Virus record (IMG/VR): IMGVR_UViG_3300029305_007860
Source: an uncultured virus (IMG/VR IMGVR_UViG_3300029305_007860)
Lineage: Duplodnaviria > Heunggongvirae > Uroviricota > Caudoviricetes
DNA: 55,307 bases
Reading direction: 5' to 3' (one strand)
Shown here piece by piece: positions 19,064-28,962 of this stretch. The position numbers and the translations under genes were made by a program. The number at the start of each line of letters is the position of its first letter. Position 1 is the first letter of the stretch. A model generated the notes under the pieces. The model worked only from the letters and a program-made list of their open reading frames with translations, ran no database searches and was not told where the DNA came from.

Positions 19064-19720
19064 ATGAAAAACACAAAACAGAGAAATTTTGATTTAAATA
19101 AGGAGATATCAGAGGATGAATTTGAGTTTTTACTAGCTTTATTCCATCCAAAACACTGTAAGGATTCTATGGATTACTCAATCCAAAGGCTTCTTTACAA
19201 ATATAAAGATTATTTATCTTTAAGAAAAAATGGGTTAGTACATATCTTCCCTTGTAAAACAGGAGATACCCTTTATAAATGGGATGAATCCAATAACAAA
19301 ATCACAAAATTAGAAGTATTATCTATTAACGTCAAACACGTTGCAGAAAAACATAGTGTTTTTATTCAGGAGAAAATCACTGCTTTCGGTCATAACGGCA
19401 CAGAAATCTTTGATTTTAACGATATAAATAAGACTGTGTTTACTTCGAAAGAAAATCTTATAACCAATCTAATTGGCTTTCCTGTTTATACTTGGGACGA
19501 TTTATATGTAAGAGCTGAAAACAAGGGGGTTGGAGATGCTGAACTTACAGCTAAAGATACCGCCAGAGGAATATTATGTGAAATAATCAAAGACTCCAAA
19601 GGTTATAATATTGATGATTGTGAAATTCCTGAGGAGGAAATAGAAACTTTCTTAGATGAATCTCCAATTCTGTATTTATTTAATGAATCAGGGAATTTAT
19701 TAGGGAATTTAATCAGCTAG
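19064..19720 (+). CDS. Hypothetical protein
   Basis: RBS AAGGAGG. Confidence 0.75.
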   Translation: MKNTKQRNFDLNKEISEDEFEFLLALFHPKHCKDSMDYSIQRLLYKYKDYLSLRKNGLVHIFPCKTGDTLYKWDESNNKITKLEVLSINVKHVAEKHSVFIQEKITAFGHNGTEIFDFNDINKTVFTSKENLITNLIGFPVYTWDDLYVRAENKGVGDAELTAKDTARGILCEIIKDSKGYNIDDCEIPEEEIETFLDESPILYLFNESGNLLGNLIS

Positions 19721-19727
19721 TCAAAGG

Positions 19728-20024
19728 GTGGTGTTTTTTATGTCATTTACAGAACAAATAGATTCCGAATTAGCTATTGAATTAGCTATTGACTACTTAG
19801 AAAAAGAAAAAAAGGTCTTTATTAATTCCGGACCGTGTAATGACCAAATTCTTTCCTATTCTACATATTTTGAAAGAGTTCGTAACTTTTGGAAAATATC
19901 TTATAAGAAAGAATACATTTTTACTACGACTGCATGTGTATTTCCAGCCCAAATAAAACTTTCAGATTATGAGCAACTTCGAACTGAAGAATTTGACAAC
20001 TCCCTATTTATTTACATCGAATAA
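19728..20024 (+). CDS. Hypothetical protein
   Basis: ORF track; likely start 19740. Confidence 0.6.
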   Translation: MVFFMSFTEQIDSELAIELAIDYLEKEKKVFINSGPCNDQILSYSTYFERVRNFWKISYKKEYIFTTTACVFPAQIKLSDYEQLRTEEFDNSLFIYIE

Positions 20025-20063
20025 TCTTATTTACGAGAACCCGAGATTTATTCTCGGGTTTTT

Positions 20064-20118
20064 TCGTTTTACTAATATGTAATACATTAATTAACCATAC
20101 TGGGGAACAAGGAACCCC
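20064..20118 (+). promoter_or_regulatory. CGTTTTACTA element plus leader hairpin (variant loop)
   Basis: TCGTTTTACTAATATGTA; AACCA; GGGG-AACAAGGAA-CCCC. Confidence 0.75.
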
Positions 20119-20338
20119 TCAAATAACTAAAAAGGAGGATTTTACAATGAATTACACAGAAAAATATACAGGAAGGAGTAATACCTAAATCCGTGTAGAC
20201 ACGGTTTATGCCTAGTGAACAGATGTGAGGTATAATAAAATAGAACACAGTGGCTATAAGGCTTTAAACGGAAACTTTTAAGGTCGCATAAAAGCAAACG
20301 AATCTATATCCACGAACCGGTTTTGGTTAGTGGTAGGT

Positions 20339-21064
20339 ATGAAAAAATTAAGAGTATGTTGGTTAAGTGCCGGAATATCAAGCTTTATTGCAGGATACTT
20401 AGCAGGTAATATTGATGAATGGATTTACATAGATATTACAGACCAGCACGAGGATAGTATTAGTTTTATTAAGGATTGCGAAAAAGCAATAGGTAAAGAA
20501 ATCAAAATACTAAAGTCTAGTGAATATGTTTCAGTTGAAGAATGCGTGCGAGTATTTGGTGGTTTTAGAAATGCTTACAACCAATTTGCCCCTTGCACAA
20601 ACTGGCTCAAAAAGAGAGTCAGAAAACAATGGGAGGAACAGCATAAAGACTACGATATAACTTACATATGGGGTTATGACCTAAAAGAAACAGCCAGAGC
20701 AGAAAGAACTACTGAAGAGAATCCGCATGTAAATCATGAATATCCTTTGATTGATAAAAAATTATCTAAACAAGATGTACACGGATTATTTTATCGAACT
20801 TTTGATTTTCCAAGACCATATATGTATGATTTAGGATATCCAAACAATAACTGTGTGGGGTGTCCCAAAGGCGGAATGGGGTATTGGAATAAAATTAGGG
20901 TTGACTTTCCTGAGGTTTTTGAAAGCCGTGCGAAACTCGAAAGAGATGTAGGATATTCAATGCTTAAAGAATGTTTTCTTGATGAGCTTGACCCAAATAG
21001 AGGTAATATAAATACTGAAATTTTTCCTGATTGCAGTATCATGTGTTACTTAGCTGAATATTAA
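20339..21064 (+). CDS. PAPS-reductase-like PP-loop protein (phage/plasmid type)
   Basis: VCWLSAGISS, PCTNWLKK, YPLI, GYPNNNCVGCPKGG. Confidence 0.75.
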   Translation: MKKLRVCWLSAGISSFIAGYLAGNIDEWIYIDITDQHEDSISFIKDCEKAIGKEIKILKSSEYVSVEECVRVFGGFRNAYNQFAPCTNWLKKRVRKQWEEQHKDYDITYIWGYDLKETARAERTTEENPHVNHEYPLIDKKLSKQDVHGLFYRTFDFPRPYMYDLGYPNNNCVGCPKGGMGYWNKIRVDFPEVFESRAKLERDVGYSMLKECFLDELDPNRGNINTEIFPDCSIMCYLAEY

Positions 21065-21151
21065 CCAATATTGCTAATAGTAAAGGACTAGGATAATTCT
21101 TAGTCCTTTTATTATATTTAATAATTCAAATATTTTACATTTGTTTTATTT

Positions 21152-21208
21152 TCGTTTTACTATTATGTATTTTATTATTTCACAACTCAAGGGAAAGGTA
21201 ACCCTTGA
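21152..21208 (+). promoter_or_regulatory. CGTTTTACTA element plus leader hairpin
   Basis: TCGTTTTACTATTATGTA; TCAAGGG-AAAGGTAA-CCCTTGA. Confidence 0.8.
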
Positions 21209-21230
21209 ATATTAAAAAGGAGGAAATATT

Positions 21231-21893
21231 ATGGAACAAAGAAGCGATGGTTGGTACAAAGCAGACAAAGGAAAGCACTTTGTATTAACTCAAAAGGGAA
21301 AAGATGAATCAGCAAGTTATAGAAATAAAACTGTTGGAGAGCCTGTTCGCGAATATGATACAGAAGCTACAAAATGGGATATTATATCCGGTCATCTTAT
21401 TGAAGTGGATATTCCTGATTGGGTAGTAAGACCGGGTTTTCAGGTTGTATACGACCATAAAGGATATACAATTACAGCTGGTAATGGTGAAATTTTTCAC
21501 AACCTCGAGATAGCGAAGAAATATAGAGATAATTATAATAACAAAGGTTGGGGAGAAAAAGCATATATTCGTGATGCCGTATTTGAAGGTCGAGAACCAA
21601 AAATGTGTTCCGATTATAATGGGAAACCGGTATATAACGATAGTTGGTATTATGGTACTGGTTCATTAGCAGTTGGAGATTATGTCGAGGAATCCATTAT
21701 TGATGATATGATAAATGCATTGCCTCCAGCATGTCTCAGAGCTGATTGTATACAATGTGGAGAAGCATATTCAACAAGACTTCATCCTGACGGTGGTTAT
21801 AGAAATACATATACAACTTTTAAGAAGGTTGATGAAGGCGTGTATGAATATTGCGGTGACTGTTTTAGAGGGGAAAACCTTATGAAAAAGTAA
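21231..21893 (+). CDS. Hypothetical protein
   Basis: RBS AAGGAGG; Cys-containing C-terminal domain. Confidence 0.75.
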   Translation: MEQRSDGWYKADKGKHFVLTQKGKDESASYRNKTVGEPVREYDTEATKWDIISGHLIEVDIPDWVVRPGFQVVYDHKGYTITAGNGEIFHNLEIAKKYRDNYNNKGWGEKAYIRDAVFEGREPKMCSDYNGKPVYNDSWYYGTGSLAVGDYVEESIIDDMINALPPACLRADCIQCGEAYSTRLHPDGGYRNTYTTFKKVDEGVYEYCGDCFRGENLMKK

Positions 21894-21969
21894 TATATAC
21901 TCAGTCTATTCTCTTAATAATTAATCTTTAAAATAAAACTCAAGAATTTTTCTTGGGTTTTATTTTTTT

Positions 21970-22019
21970 TCGTTTTACTATTATGTATTAATTTATTAAC
22001 CATATGGGAAAAGGTACCC
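21970..22019 (+). promoter_or_regulatory. CGTTTTACTA element plus leader hairpin
   Basis: TCGTTTTACTATTATGTA; AACCA; GGG-AAAAGGTA-CCC. Confidence 0.75.
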
Positions 22020-22115
22020 TAAATTATATAAAAAGAATTTTATATTATATATATCTCTCTCTATATATTTATTACCTTTTTCTAAATTAAACAAAATATA
22101 TTAAGAAAGGAAAAG

Positions 22116-23153
22116 GTGATAAATATGAATACAAACAAGGAAATAAAAGTAAAATTATACCGTAACGAAGATGATAACTACGTTGAATTATGGCAGGTTG
22201 TAGAACATAAACAAGGTACTCCTAAGTATTATGGCAGATATACTTATGGAACAGAAGGAACATGGTACTATATTTGTGACCCATTAGGATATTGCGAATT
22301 AGACTATCCGGTAAAAGATGATGTTGTTTTTATATTATGTGATGATAATAATAACGAGGTATTAAGATACTCAAACGCAGATAAAAATCCTCTTCCAAAA
22401 TTCAACCTTTTTATGAAACAGAAATGGAATGAATTCAGTAAGGATTTAACTTACAACAGAGAAAATTTTGAAGTCGATTTCTGGTCTTTAGCCTATAACG
22501 GAGAAACAACATTGTCAATAAATCAGTGGTTATTAACTTATATGGACCCTGATTTATACAAAAAAGAAATAGACGAAATGTCCGGATATGACATAAACTG
22601 GACAAGTCCTTTATATTCTTCAGAAATCAAGTATGAGAGTATTCCGGGAACCGAATTTGAATATCTTGGACATAAATATCAATTTACTAAGGTTTTCAAT
22701 AAACACAATATTTGTGGAGCAGAATGGACAGAATTCATATGTACCGATTCACCATATGTAGTAGAAAAATCACCATTTAATAAAAACAAAAACTACATAA
22801 AAAACTATGGATACCTCGGTAATATATTTGATGCATCCCAAACCGGAACTATGTTTGACAAAAGAACCGCCAAGCTATTAGTAGAAAAAGAACTTCTTAA
22901 ACTATTTCCTCAAAAAATAAGAGGAGCCAGCAGATTATTTATCATTGAAGGAATTTACTGTTACGAGAAAACATATAATAATGTTGCAGAAATGCTTATT
23001 TCAAATGATTATCACAAAACAAAAATCTCTGCATTGATAGAAAATCTTAAAGAAATAACAAAGGATATTGTATTTGCATCATCTTATCAAAATGCTCAGA
23101 TTATCAAAGAAAAATATCCAGATGTTTACGGTTATAATCATTGTTTATTCTAA
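22116..23153 (+). CDS. Hypothetical protein
   Basis: 345 aa ORF, purine-rich RBS, terminator downstream. Confidence 0.75.
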   Translation: MINMNTNKEIKVKLYRNEDDNYVELWQVVEHKQGTPKYYGRYTYGTEGTWYYICDPLGYCELDYPVKDDVVFILCDDNNNEVLRYSNADKNPLPKFNLFMKQKWNEFSKDLTYNRENFEVDFWSLAYNGETTLSINQWLLTYMDPDLYKKEIDEMSGYDINWTSPLYSSEIKYESIPGTEFEYLGHKYQFTKVFNKHNICGAEWTEFICTDSPYVVEKSPFNKNKNYIKNYGYLGNIFDASQTGTMFDKRTAKLLVEKELLKLFPQKIRGASRLFIIEGIYCYEKTYNNVAEMLISNDYHKTKISALIENLKEITKDIVFASSYQNAQIIKEKYPDVYGYNHCLF

Positions 23154-23208
23154 TATTTTCTTTTTCATAGAAAAAGCAAGAGAAATCTTGCTTTTTTCTA
23201 TTTATTTA

Positions 23209-23255
23209 TCGTTTTACTATTATAACAAGTTAAGGATGTGAAAATCCACGACTTT
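23209..23255 (+). mobile_element. CGTTTTACTA element interrupted at TTAT by an IS200/IS605 left-end remnant
   Basis: TCGTTTTACTATTAT then AACAAGTTAAGGATGTGAAAATCCACGACTTT. Confidence 0.6.
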
Positions 23256-23287
23256 AAATTGCAGAACATTTAAGGGGGATAATTCTA

Positions 23288-23608
23288 ATGCTTGAATTCT
23301 ACAAAAGTACAAGTCCAAAGGCAAGAAAAGAATATAAATGTGATTTATGCAATCAACTAATACATAAAGATGAAGTATATTATAGATATTCAGGCAAGTA
23401 TGATGGGGAAATGTTTGATTATAAATACCATTTAGCTTGTCAAACACTCATAAATGCCTATTGTGATGAAAATGACGATACCGAATATGATAACGATTCA
23501 ATTCAGGATTGGTTGCACGATAAATTTTGTTTTGATTGTAACCAAAAAAGAGAGTCTTGCAAACAAATAGAATACTCTTGTCCTATAATACAATCTTACT
23601 ATAAATAA
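23288..23608 (+). CDS. Cys-rich hypothetical protein
   Basis: KARKEYKCDLC, HLAC, CFDC. Confidence 0.7.
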   Translation: MLEFYKSTSPKARKEYKCDLCNQLIHKDEVYYRYSGKYDGEMFDYKYHLACQTLINAYCDENDDTEYDNDSIQDWLHDKFCFDCNQKRESCKQIEYSCPIIQSYYK

Positions 23609-23618
23609 TTTAAATTAT

Positions 23619-23666
23619 AACCAGCCAAGTACGGAAAAACACAACTTTTATCGTATGGAATGTCAA
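23619..23666 (+). mobile_element. Degenerate miniature IS200/IS605 derivative
   Basis: TTAT then AACCAGCCAAGTACGGAAAAACACAACTTTTATCGTATGGAATGTCAA. Confidence 0.6.
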
Positions 23667-23930
23667 AATCTTAAAATAGGTCAAAAATGTTCTTGATTTA
23701 TTTTTAAGAATATTTTTATGTTATTAATTATATTACATCAGACTCCGGAATACTATATTTTAATGAATTTTGCTTTTTTGTTAATCTCTTGGTTTTTATA
23801 AAATACTAGTTTTAAAAAAATAATATTTTTTTCTATTTTTGTAGACTTTTTGCTGTTTTGACGATATAATAAAAACATAGAAAACAATACTTATAAAAAC
23901 GAACATTTATAAAGCAAGGAGCGTGTTCTT

Positions 23931-24650
23931 ATGGGTAAAGATTACAATAAAAACAGAGACAAAAACCCCGACCAGATTTCAAAGAAGTTTGGAAAAAACG
24001 TATTTATCGAAGTAATTCAGCCTAACGAATTTTTCGAAAAAATAACAATAAATCTTGTTAGTTTAAATAATAACAATACACAAAAATGTATGATTTCTAC
24101 ATATGTAAATCTGGATGATTATCTAACTTTATGTCAAAGAATTTCTTTGGGTAGATTTGGACAATTAATAGAAAAAGCTAAAGTTCTTGCATCTACATCT
24201 AATAAATTTCCTCCTGAGCTTTGGAAAAAACAGGGAGGAAGAATTAACTCTGACAGTAGTGTTAGTGCGTGGAATTTATCCATTCATCCGGCTACAAAAA
24301 AAGGAGATGTAATCATCAAAGCTCAAAAAGGTGTCGGAAAGATTATAGATGGCGGATTAATACAGCTTATACATAATCAAAGCAACGAACAGGTTATAAT
24401 AAGTCTTACTCATGAAGATTTAGAATCTATAGCAAATATGAGTATAATGAGAATTCAGGCTTACATTACCGCTAGACAGATAGCCGGTGCCTACGAGAAT
24501 AACAGAAGAACAAGCAAGGGGCAACCTGAATATAACGATTCTAATCAGAATTACAATAATTCATCCCCATATTCGTATCCGGATAACGTTGCTCCATTCC
24601 CTGCAAGTGATTACGGACAGCCTTATTATCCTCAATATTATGCTCAGTAA
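23931..24650 (+). CDS. Hypothetical protein with low-complexity Tyr/Pro/Asn tail
   Basis: RBS AAGGAG; own sigmaA-like promoter upstream. Confidence 0.75.
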   Translation: MGKDYNKNRDKNPDQISKKFGKNVFIEVIQPNEFFEKITINLVSLNNNNTQKCMISTYVNLDDYLTLCQRISLGRFGQLIEKAKVLASTSNKFPPELWKKQGGRINSDSSVSAWNLSIHPATKKGDVIIKAQKGVGKIIDGGLIQLIHNQSNEQVIISLTHEDLESIANMSIMRIQAYITARQIAGAYENNRRTSKGQPEYNDSNQNYNNSSPYSYPDNVAPFPASDYGQPYYPQYYAQ

Positions 24651-24738
24651 CACACATAACCGATATTCAGTACCTTTAAGTACTGTTATCATAAATAAAC
24701 TACTACTAAAATCTTATATGTACTCCTTATAAGATATG

Positions 24739-24816
24739 GTGTAAGAGACTAGAGTGAGGTCTATAGACATTGTATTATTACTTTGTTTAACGAAGGTTCG
24801 ACTCCTTCCTTACACA
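24739..24816 (+). ncRNA. tRNA-like element (no canonical anticodon arm)
   Basis: Acceptor stem GTGTAAG/CTTACAC; T-arm GAAGG-TTCGACT-CCTTC; irregular D and anticodon regions. Confidence 0.5.
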
Positions 24817-24929
24817 ATCGGGATTCAATACCTAGTTTCCCAATTACAATACACTCTTTGCCAATACACCCGGATTTAACTCCTTTCTTCCGGGTGTATT
24901 ATATTACAATTATATAAACAAAAACTTAT

Positions 24930-26266
24930 AACCAATTAAGGGCGAGAAAACCCACGACTTTAGTCGTGTGGATGATAGCCCTTTTCTTCTAAATATATAG
25001 CTATTGTATCGTAAGACCAGACCATAGGAGAAATATAATGAAAAAAGGCATTAAGTTCAGGGCGTATCCTAATAAGGAACAGCAAAACTTAATAAATCAG
25101 ACTCTAGGCTGTTGCAGACTAATCTACAACAAAGGTCTTGCTATGCGTAATGATGCTTTTTCTAATGGTACTAAAGCTAACTATGGTCATACATCTGCCA
25201 TGCTTACGCACTTAAAGAAGCAGGAGGATTTTTCTTTCTTAAAAGATGTGGACTCTATTGCACTACAGCAGTCCCTTAGAGATTTGGAACACAGTTTTAA
25301 AAACTTCTTTGATAAAAGAGCAAAACATCCACAGTTTAAGAGTAAGCATAATAATTATCAGTCCTACAGAACCGTCAATCAGGGAGATAACATTCGTATT
25401 GTAGGAAATCGCATTAAACTTCCCAAATTAGGATTTGTTAAAATAAAACAATCTATGGAAGTAGGACATATCAATAATGTTACTGTAGAAAGAACACCTA
25501 CGGGAAAGTATTTTGTAGTCCTGAATGTAGATTTTGAGCCTCGAATAATAAAGAATAATGGTAATTCCATAGGTATTGATGTAGGCATTAAGGAATTTTA
25601 CACAGACAGTAACGGAAATACAGTACATAATCCAAAGCATCTTGAAAAGGCTATGCGTACCCTTGCCAAAGAACAACGCAGACTTTCACGTAAGAAAAAG
25701 GGTTCTAATAACCGTAATAAACAGCGTATTAAAGTCGCAAGGCTTCACGAAAAGGTTACTAATCAGAGAAATGATTTTTTACAGAAACAGTCTACTATGC
25801 TGGTGCGTGAAAACCAAACCATCTGTATAGAGGACTTGAATGTAAAAGGAATGATTCGTAATCACAAACTTGCAAAATCCATAGCAAGTGTATCGTGGTC
25901 TAAGTTCTTTAATATGCTTGAATATAAGGCTGTGTGGTACGGAAACGATATAATCAAAGTTCCTACTATGTACCCTAGTAGCCAGAGCTGTTCCTGTTGT
26001 GGATTTAAAAATCCTCTGGTAAGAAATCTTGCTGTCCGTAAATGGGAGTGTCCGAACTGTCATACATTACACAACAGAGACCTCAATGCAAGTATAAACA
26101 TTTTAAACAAAGGGCTTTCAGTAGCCTAAAATATATAAGTACCGTAGGGCATACGGGAATTTACGCTTGCAGACATCTTTGTAAGACGAGCCTACAGGAT
26201 TTCCTGTTAGGAACGCTGTGGTGGTTGAAGCAAGAATCCCTCGACTTTAGTCGTGTGGAGTGTCAA
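24930..26266 (+). mobile_element. tnpB-only IS200/IS605-family (IS1341-like) element
   Basis: TTAT (24926-29) then left end with AAAA guide and hairpin CCCACGACTTTAGTCGTGTGG; right end GAAT-hairpin-GAGTGTCAA; no tnpA. Confidence 0.85.
25038..26129 (+). CDS. tnpB: RNA-guided endonuclease TnpB
   Basis: N-terminal KFRAYPN; RuvC GIDVG, IEDL, NRDLNA; zinc finger CSCC and CPNC. Confidence 0.95.
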   Translation: MKKGIKFRAYPNKEQQNLINQTLGCCRLIYNKGLAMRNDAFSNGTKANYGHTSAMLTHLKKQEDFSFLKDVDSIALQQSLRDLEHSFKNFFDKRAKHPQFKSKHNNYQSYRTVNQGDNIRIVGNRIKLPKLGFVKIKQSMEVGHINNVTVERTPTGKYFVVLNVDFEPRIIKNNGNSIGIDVGIKEFYTDSNGNTVHNPKHLEKAMRTLAKEQRRLSRKKKGSNNRNKQRIKVARLHEKVTNQRNDFLQKQSTMLVRENQTICIEDLNVKGMIRNHKLAKSIASVSWSKFFNMLEYKAVWYGNDIIKVPTMYPSSQSCSCCGFKNPLVRNLAVRKWECPNCHTLHNRDLNASINILNKGLSVA

Positions 26267-26286
26267 AGAGATTTATATTTAAAAGA
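26130..26286 (+). ncRNA. Predicted TnpB omegaRNA/reRNA scaffold plus flank-derived guide
   Basis: Structured right end after tnpB; guide would begin at 26267 (AGAGATTTATATTTAAAAGA); 5' boundary uncertain. Confidence 0.6.
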
Positions 26287-26304
26287 AGCCGAGTACAACA
26301 GCTA

Positions 26305-26490
26305 ATACAAACGGAGATAGAATAAGGGAGATGTCCGATGATGAATTAGATGAATTTTTAGGAAAAGCAATATTTTGTGGTGGTTTAATAGAAAGAGAAT
26401 GTTCATCTTCAATGTGTCGTGGGTGCAAGCTCCCATTCTGTCAAAATATAAAAATTGGTTAAAAGAGAAAGTACCAGACAATTCTTCAAC
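26305..26490 (+). pseudogene. Remnant of a phage-type TNxDRIRxMSDEEL protein
   Basis: Frame reads TNGDRIREMSDDELDEFL; no proper start, apparent frameshift. Confidence 0.4.
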
Positions 26491-26521
26491 TTTAAATATA
26501 CAAGAGAGGAGCGAATGATTT

Positions 26522-26776
26522 TTGTATATAAATATATATAAAGCAGAACCTTATAACTATATCGACAAAAACTTTAAAACCATAGAAGAAGTAAAAGATT
26601 ATCTACATATAACGGATAAACTTGATTTATTCTCCTTTGTTGATTCCGATAATATTGAGTACTTTGCCGAATATAAAAAATGGACGATTACAATAAAAGA
26701 AGGTGAAATACCAGACGAAGGAGAAGGATATGTGAGTATGTTGGAGGAAAGCGGAGCATTAGACGAATTATACTAA
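26522..26776 (+). CDS. Hypothetical protein
   Basis: RBS GAGGAG; TTG start. Confidence 0.55.
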   Translation: MYINIYKAEPYNYIDKNFKTIEEVKDYLHITDKLDLFSFVDSDNIEYFAEYKKWTITIKEGEIPDEGEGYVSMLEESGALDELY

Positions 26777-26907
26777 ATTAATATTTTTTACTCCTATATA
26801 TCTATATATATAATATATACTTTTATACTTATATACTTAAGGGCAAAATCATCCTTCAAAAAATCCAGTAAAATCAAGGGTTTGAGAAGAGCGAGAGTTT
26901 CTTAAAT

Positions 26908-27158
26908 ATAACGTTTTGATAGTCGAAATATAACGTTTTGATAGTTAAAACATAACGAATTGATAGTTTTGAACGATTTTTATTCAAATATAACATTTTG
27001 ATAGTTTTAAATTATTAATTTCCTAAAAATAACATTTTGATAGTTTTGAAAACCTTTTATTTTTAAGAATTTAACTACTTTTATCTATTTTAAAATAACA
27101 AATTGATAGTTTTGAATTATTGTATATTTCTTAAAAATAACATTTTGATAGTTTTGAA
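26908..27158 (+). repeat. Iterons of the Rep_3 replicon (7 copies)
   Basis: ATAAC(G/A)wwTTGATAGT at 26908, 26930, 26952 (22-bp period), 26990, 27029, 27095, 27137. Confidence 0.85.
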
Positions 27159-27187
27159 AAAAACACTCACTAACAGGAGAATATATT

Positions 27188-27943
27188 ATGGCAAGAGGGA
27201 AAAAACAATTTGAGGGACAACTTAGTTTTGATTTTTGTTTAGATACAAGGAATTATGTTGTACAAGCCAATAGTTTAATAGGTGGAAAACAATCCCTTAA
27301 ACTAAACAGTGCAAAACTAATAAGAAGTGCTATAATGCAAATCGTCAAAGAGGACGAAGAAATTAAACCTTATGTTATATCAATAATGGACCTTGCAGAC
27401 CTTTTAGGAATATCCGCCAGTAACATATACAGAGATATCGAAGATATAACAGATGACATAATAAAAAATCCTGTTTATGTAAGGGAAGAAAAATCAGGCA
27501 AAACAACCCGTTTTATAAAAATCCCATGGGTTACCAAATGTGAGTATAAATCAGATGTAGGTGTTGCTCTTAAACTTAACGAAGAACTTAAGCCATTCTT
27601 AATCTGTTTAAAAGACCACTACACCCAATATACTCTTCAGGAAATACTTTCTATGAAAAGTATATATGCAATAAGAATTTTCGAATTAATACAGAGTAAA
27701 ATCATGCATCCCACGCTCCCCAGAACCGGAGTTTGTATTCAAATAAGTGTTCAAGAAATAAGAGAGTGTTGTGATTGCGAAGACAAATATCCCTCTTTTG
27801 GTAATTTTAAAGAAAGGGTTCTGGATACAGCCGTAAACGAGATAAACAAGGTATCTATGTATAATATTTCTTATTCTTACATAAAACAAAGCAGAAGTGT
27901 AGTAGCAATTAATTTTAACTTATCAAATAGACTATACTTATAA
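27188..27943 (+). CDS. Replication initiator, Rep_3 (RepB) family
   Basis: VVQANSLI, LKDHYTQY, KSIYAIRIFELI, FKERVLDTAVNEIN; iterons upstream. Confidence 0.9.
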   Translation: MARGKKQFEGQLSFDFCLDTRNYVVQANSLIGGKQSLKLNSAKLIRSAIMQIVKEDEEIKPYVISIMDLADLLGISASNIYRDIEDITDDIIKNPVYVREEKSGKTTRFIKIPWVTKCEYKSDVGVALKLNEELKPFLICLKDHYTQYTLQEILSMKSIYAIRIFELIQSKIMHPTLPRTGVCIQISVQEIRECCDCEDKYPSFGNFKERVLDTAVNEINKVSMYNISYSYIKQSRSVVAINFNLSNRLYL

Positions 27944-27971
27944 TAATCCTTACACTTTATTATTATAACTG

Positions 27972-28027
27972 TCGTTATACTCTTATGTATGCATTAATTA
28001 ACCAAACAGAGCTAAAGGTAACTCTGT
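27972..28027 (+). promoter_or_regulatory. CGTTTTACTA element plus leader hairpin
   Basis: TCGTTATACTCTTATGTA; AACCA; ACAGAG-CTAAAGGTAA-CTCTGT. Confidence 0.75.
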
Positions 28028-28079
28028 ACATTAAAAGAAAGGAGTAGTTATTTGTTATAATAACGAAGCAGTAAAGGAT

Positions 28080-28661
28080 ATGGGACAGCGTTCACAAATT
28101 TATGTAAGATTTTTTGATGGAGAAAAAATACGTTTAATTGCAAATTATTATTCTTGGAATTACGGTGAAAGAATGATAAGTCGTGCAAGATACGGCATTG
28201 AAACAATAAAAACCATTTTAGGATTCAATGGTTTACATTATAATTTTTCCACAAATATCACAAAACTCCAAAGAATTTTTGATGTAAACTTTGATATGTG
28301 TGATTATCAAGTCAGTGCAGATATTATATCTGAATGGAAAGAACTTGCTCCTGATGATAATTTTAATGACTACGTTTTTCGTCTTCAACATAATAACGAC
28401 GGTAAACTATTTATTGACATTGATACTCAGGAAGGAATTATTAAATACGCGTTTACTGATTACATTGCCAATCCAGATAACATCATGAACGGAGAAGAGT
28501 ACATGATTTGGAACATGGGCGAAAAATGGGAAGAATCAGATTATCTCAAAAAAAATACCGTTCTTAAGTGTAAACGCAATATAAAGTCTATATCAAAAAA
28601 CGCTCAACTTATGTCAAAAGAAGAATTAATTGAGTTTCTAGATTTCGACTACACAAATTAA
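28080..28661 (+). CDS. Hypothetical protein
   Basis: 193 aa; MGQRSQIYVR, NNDG. Confidence 0.75.
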   Translation: MGQRSQIYVRFFDGEKIRLIANYYSWNYGERMISRARYGIETIKTILGFNGLHYNFSTNITKLQRIFDVNFDMCDYQVSADIISEWKELAPDDNFNDYVFRLQHNNDGKLFIDIDTQEGIIKYAFTDYIANPDNIMNGEEYMIWNMGEKWEESDYLKKNTVLKCKRNIKSISKNAQLMSKEELIEFLDFDYTN

Positions 28662-28857
28662 TATTCTTTATAAAAAAGCAACTCTAAAACAGGGTTGTTT
28701 TTTTAATTTTTTTACAGCAAAAATACTACTTTTAAGTTGAGTTTTTCGTTTTTTACTATTGGTAAATTAATACATTGTCGTATTATCCCTTTTCTTCAGT
28801 CAAATCATCAATTTTTTTGAATGCTTGACAAAGCTTATACATTGTCCTATAATACAA

Positions 28858-28962
28858 GTATCCTAAACAAATTTATTTCTGTGAGTTATTCCTATATATT
28901 TGTTTAGTGATTTGTTGAAAATAGGTTAAAAAATGGCTATCGGTTACGGTAGCTGTTTTTTT
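28858..28962 (+). ncRNA. Candidate sRNA complementary to the repA leader
   Basis: TTGACA (28825)-17-TATAAT (28848); terminator 28931-62; 28887-28918 complementary to 29069-29104. Confidence 0.6.

Noticed and set aside
24739..24816. Functional tRNA gene
   Set aside because: No canonical anticodon stem-loop and position 8 is not T; kept only as tRNA-like
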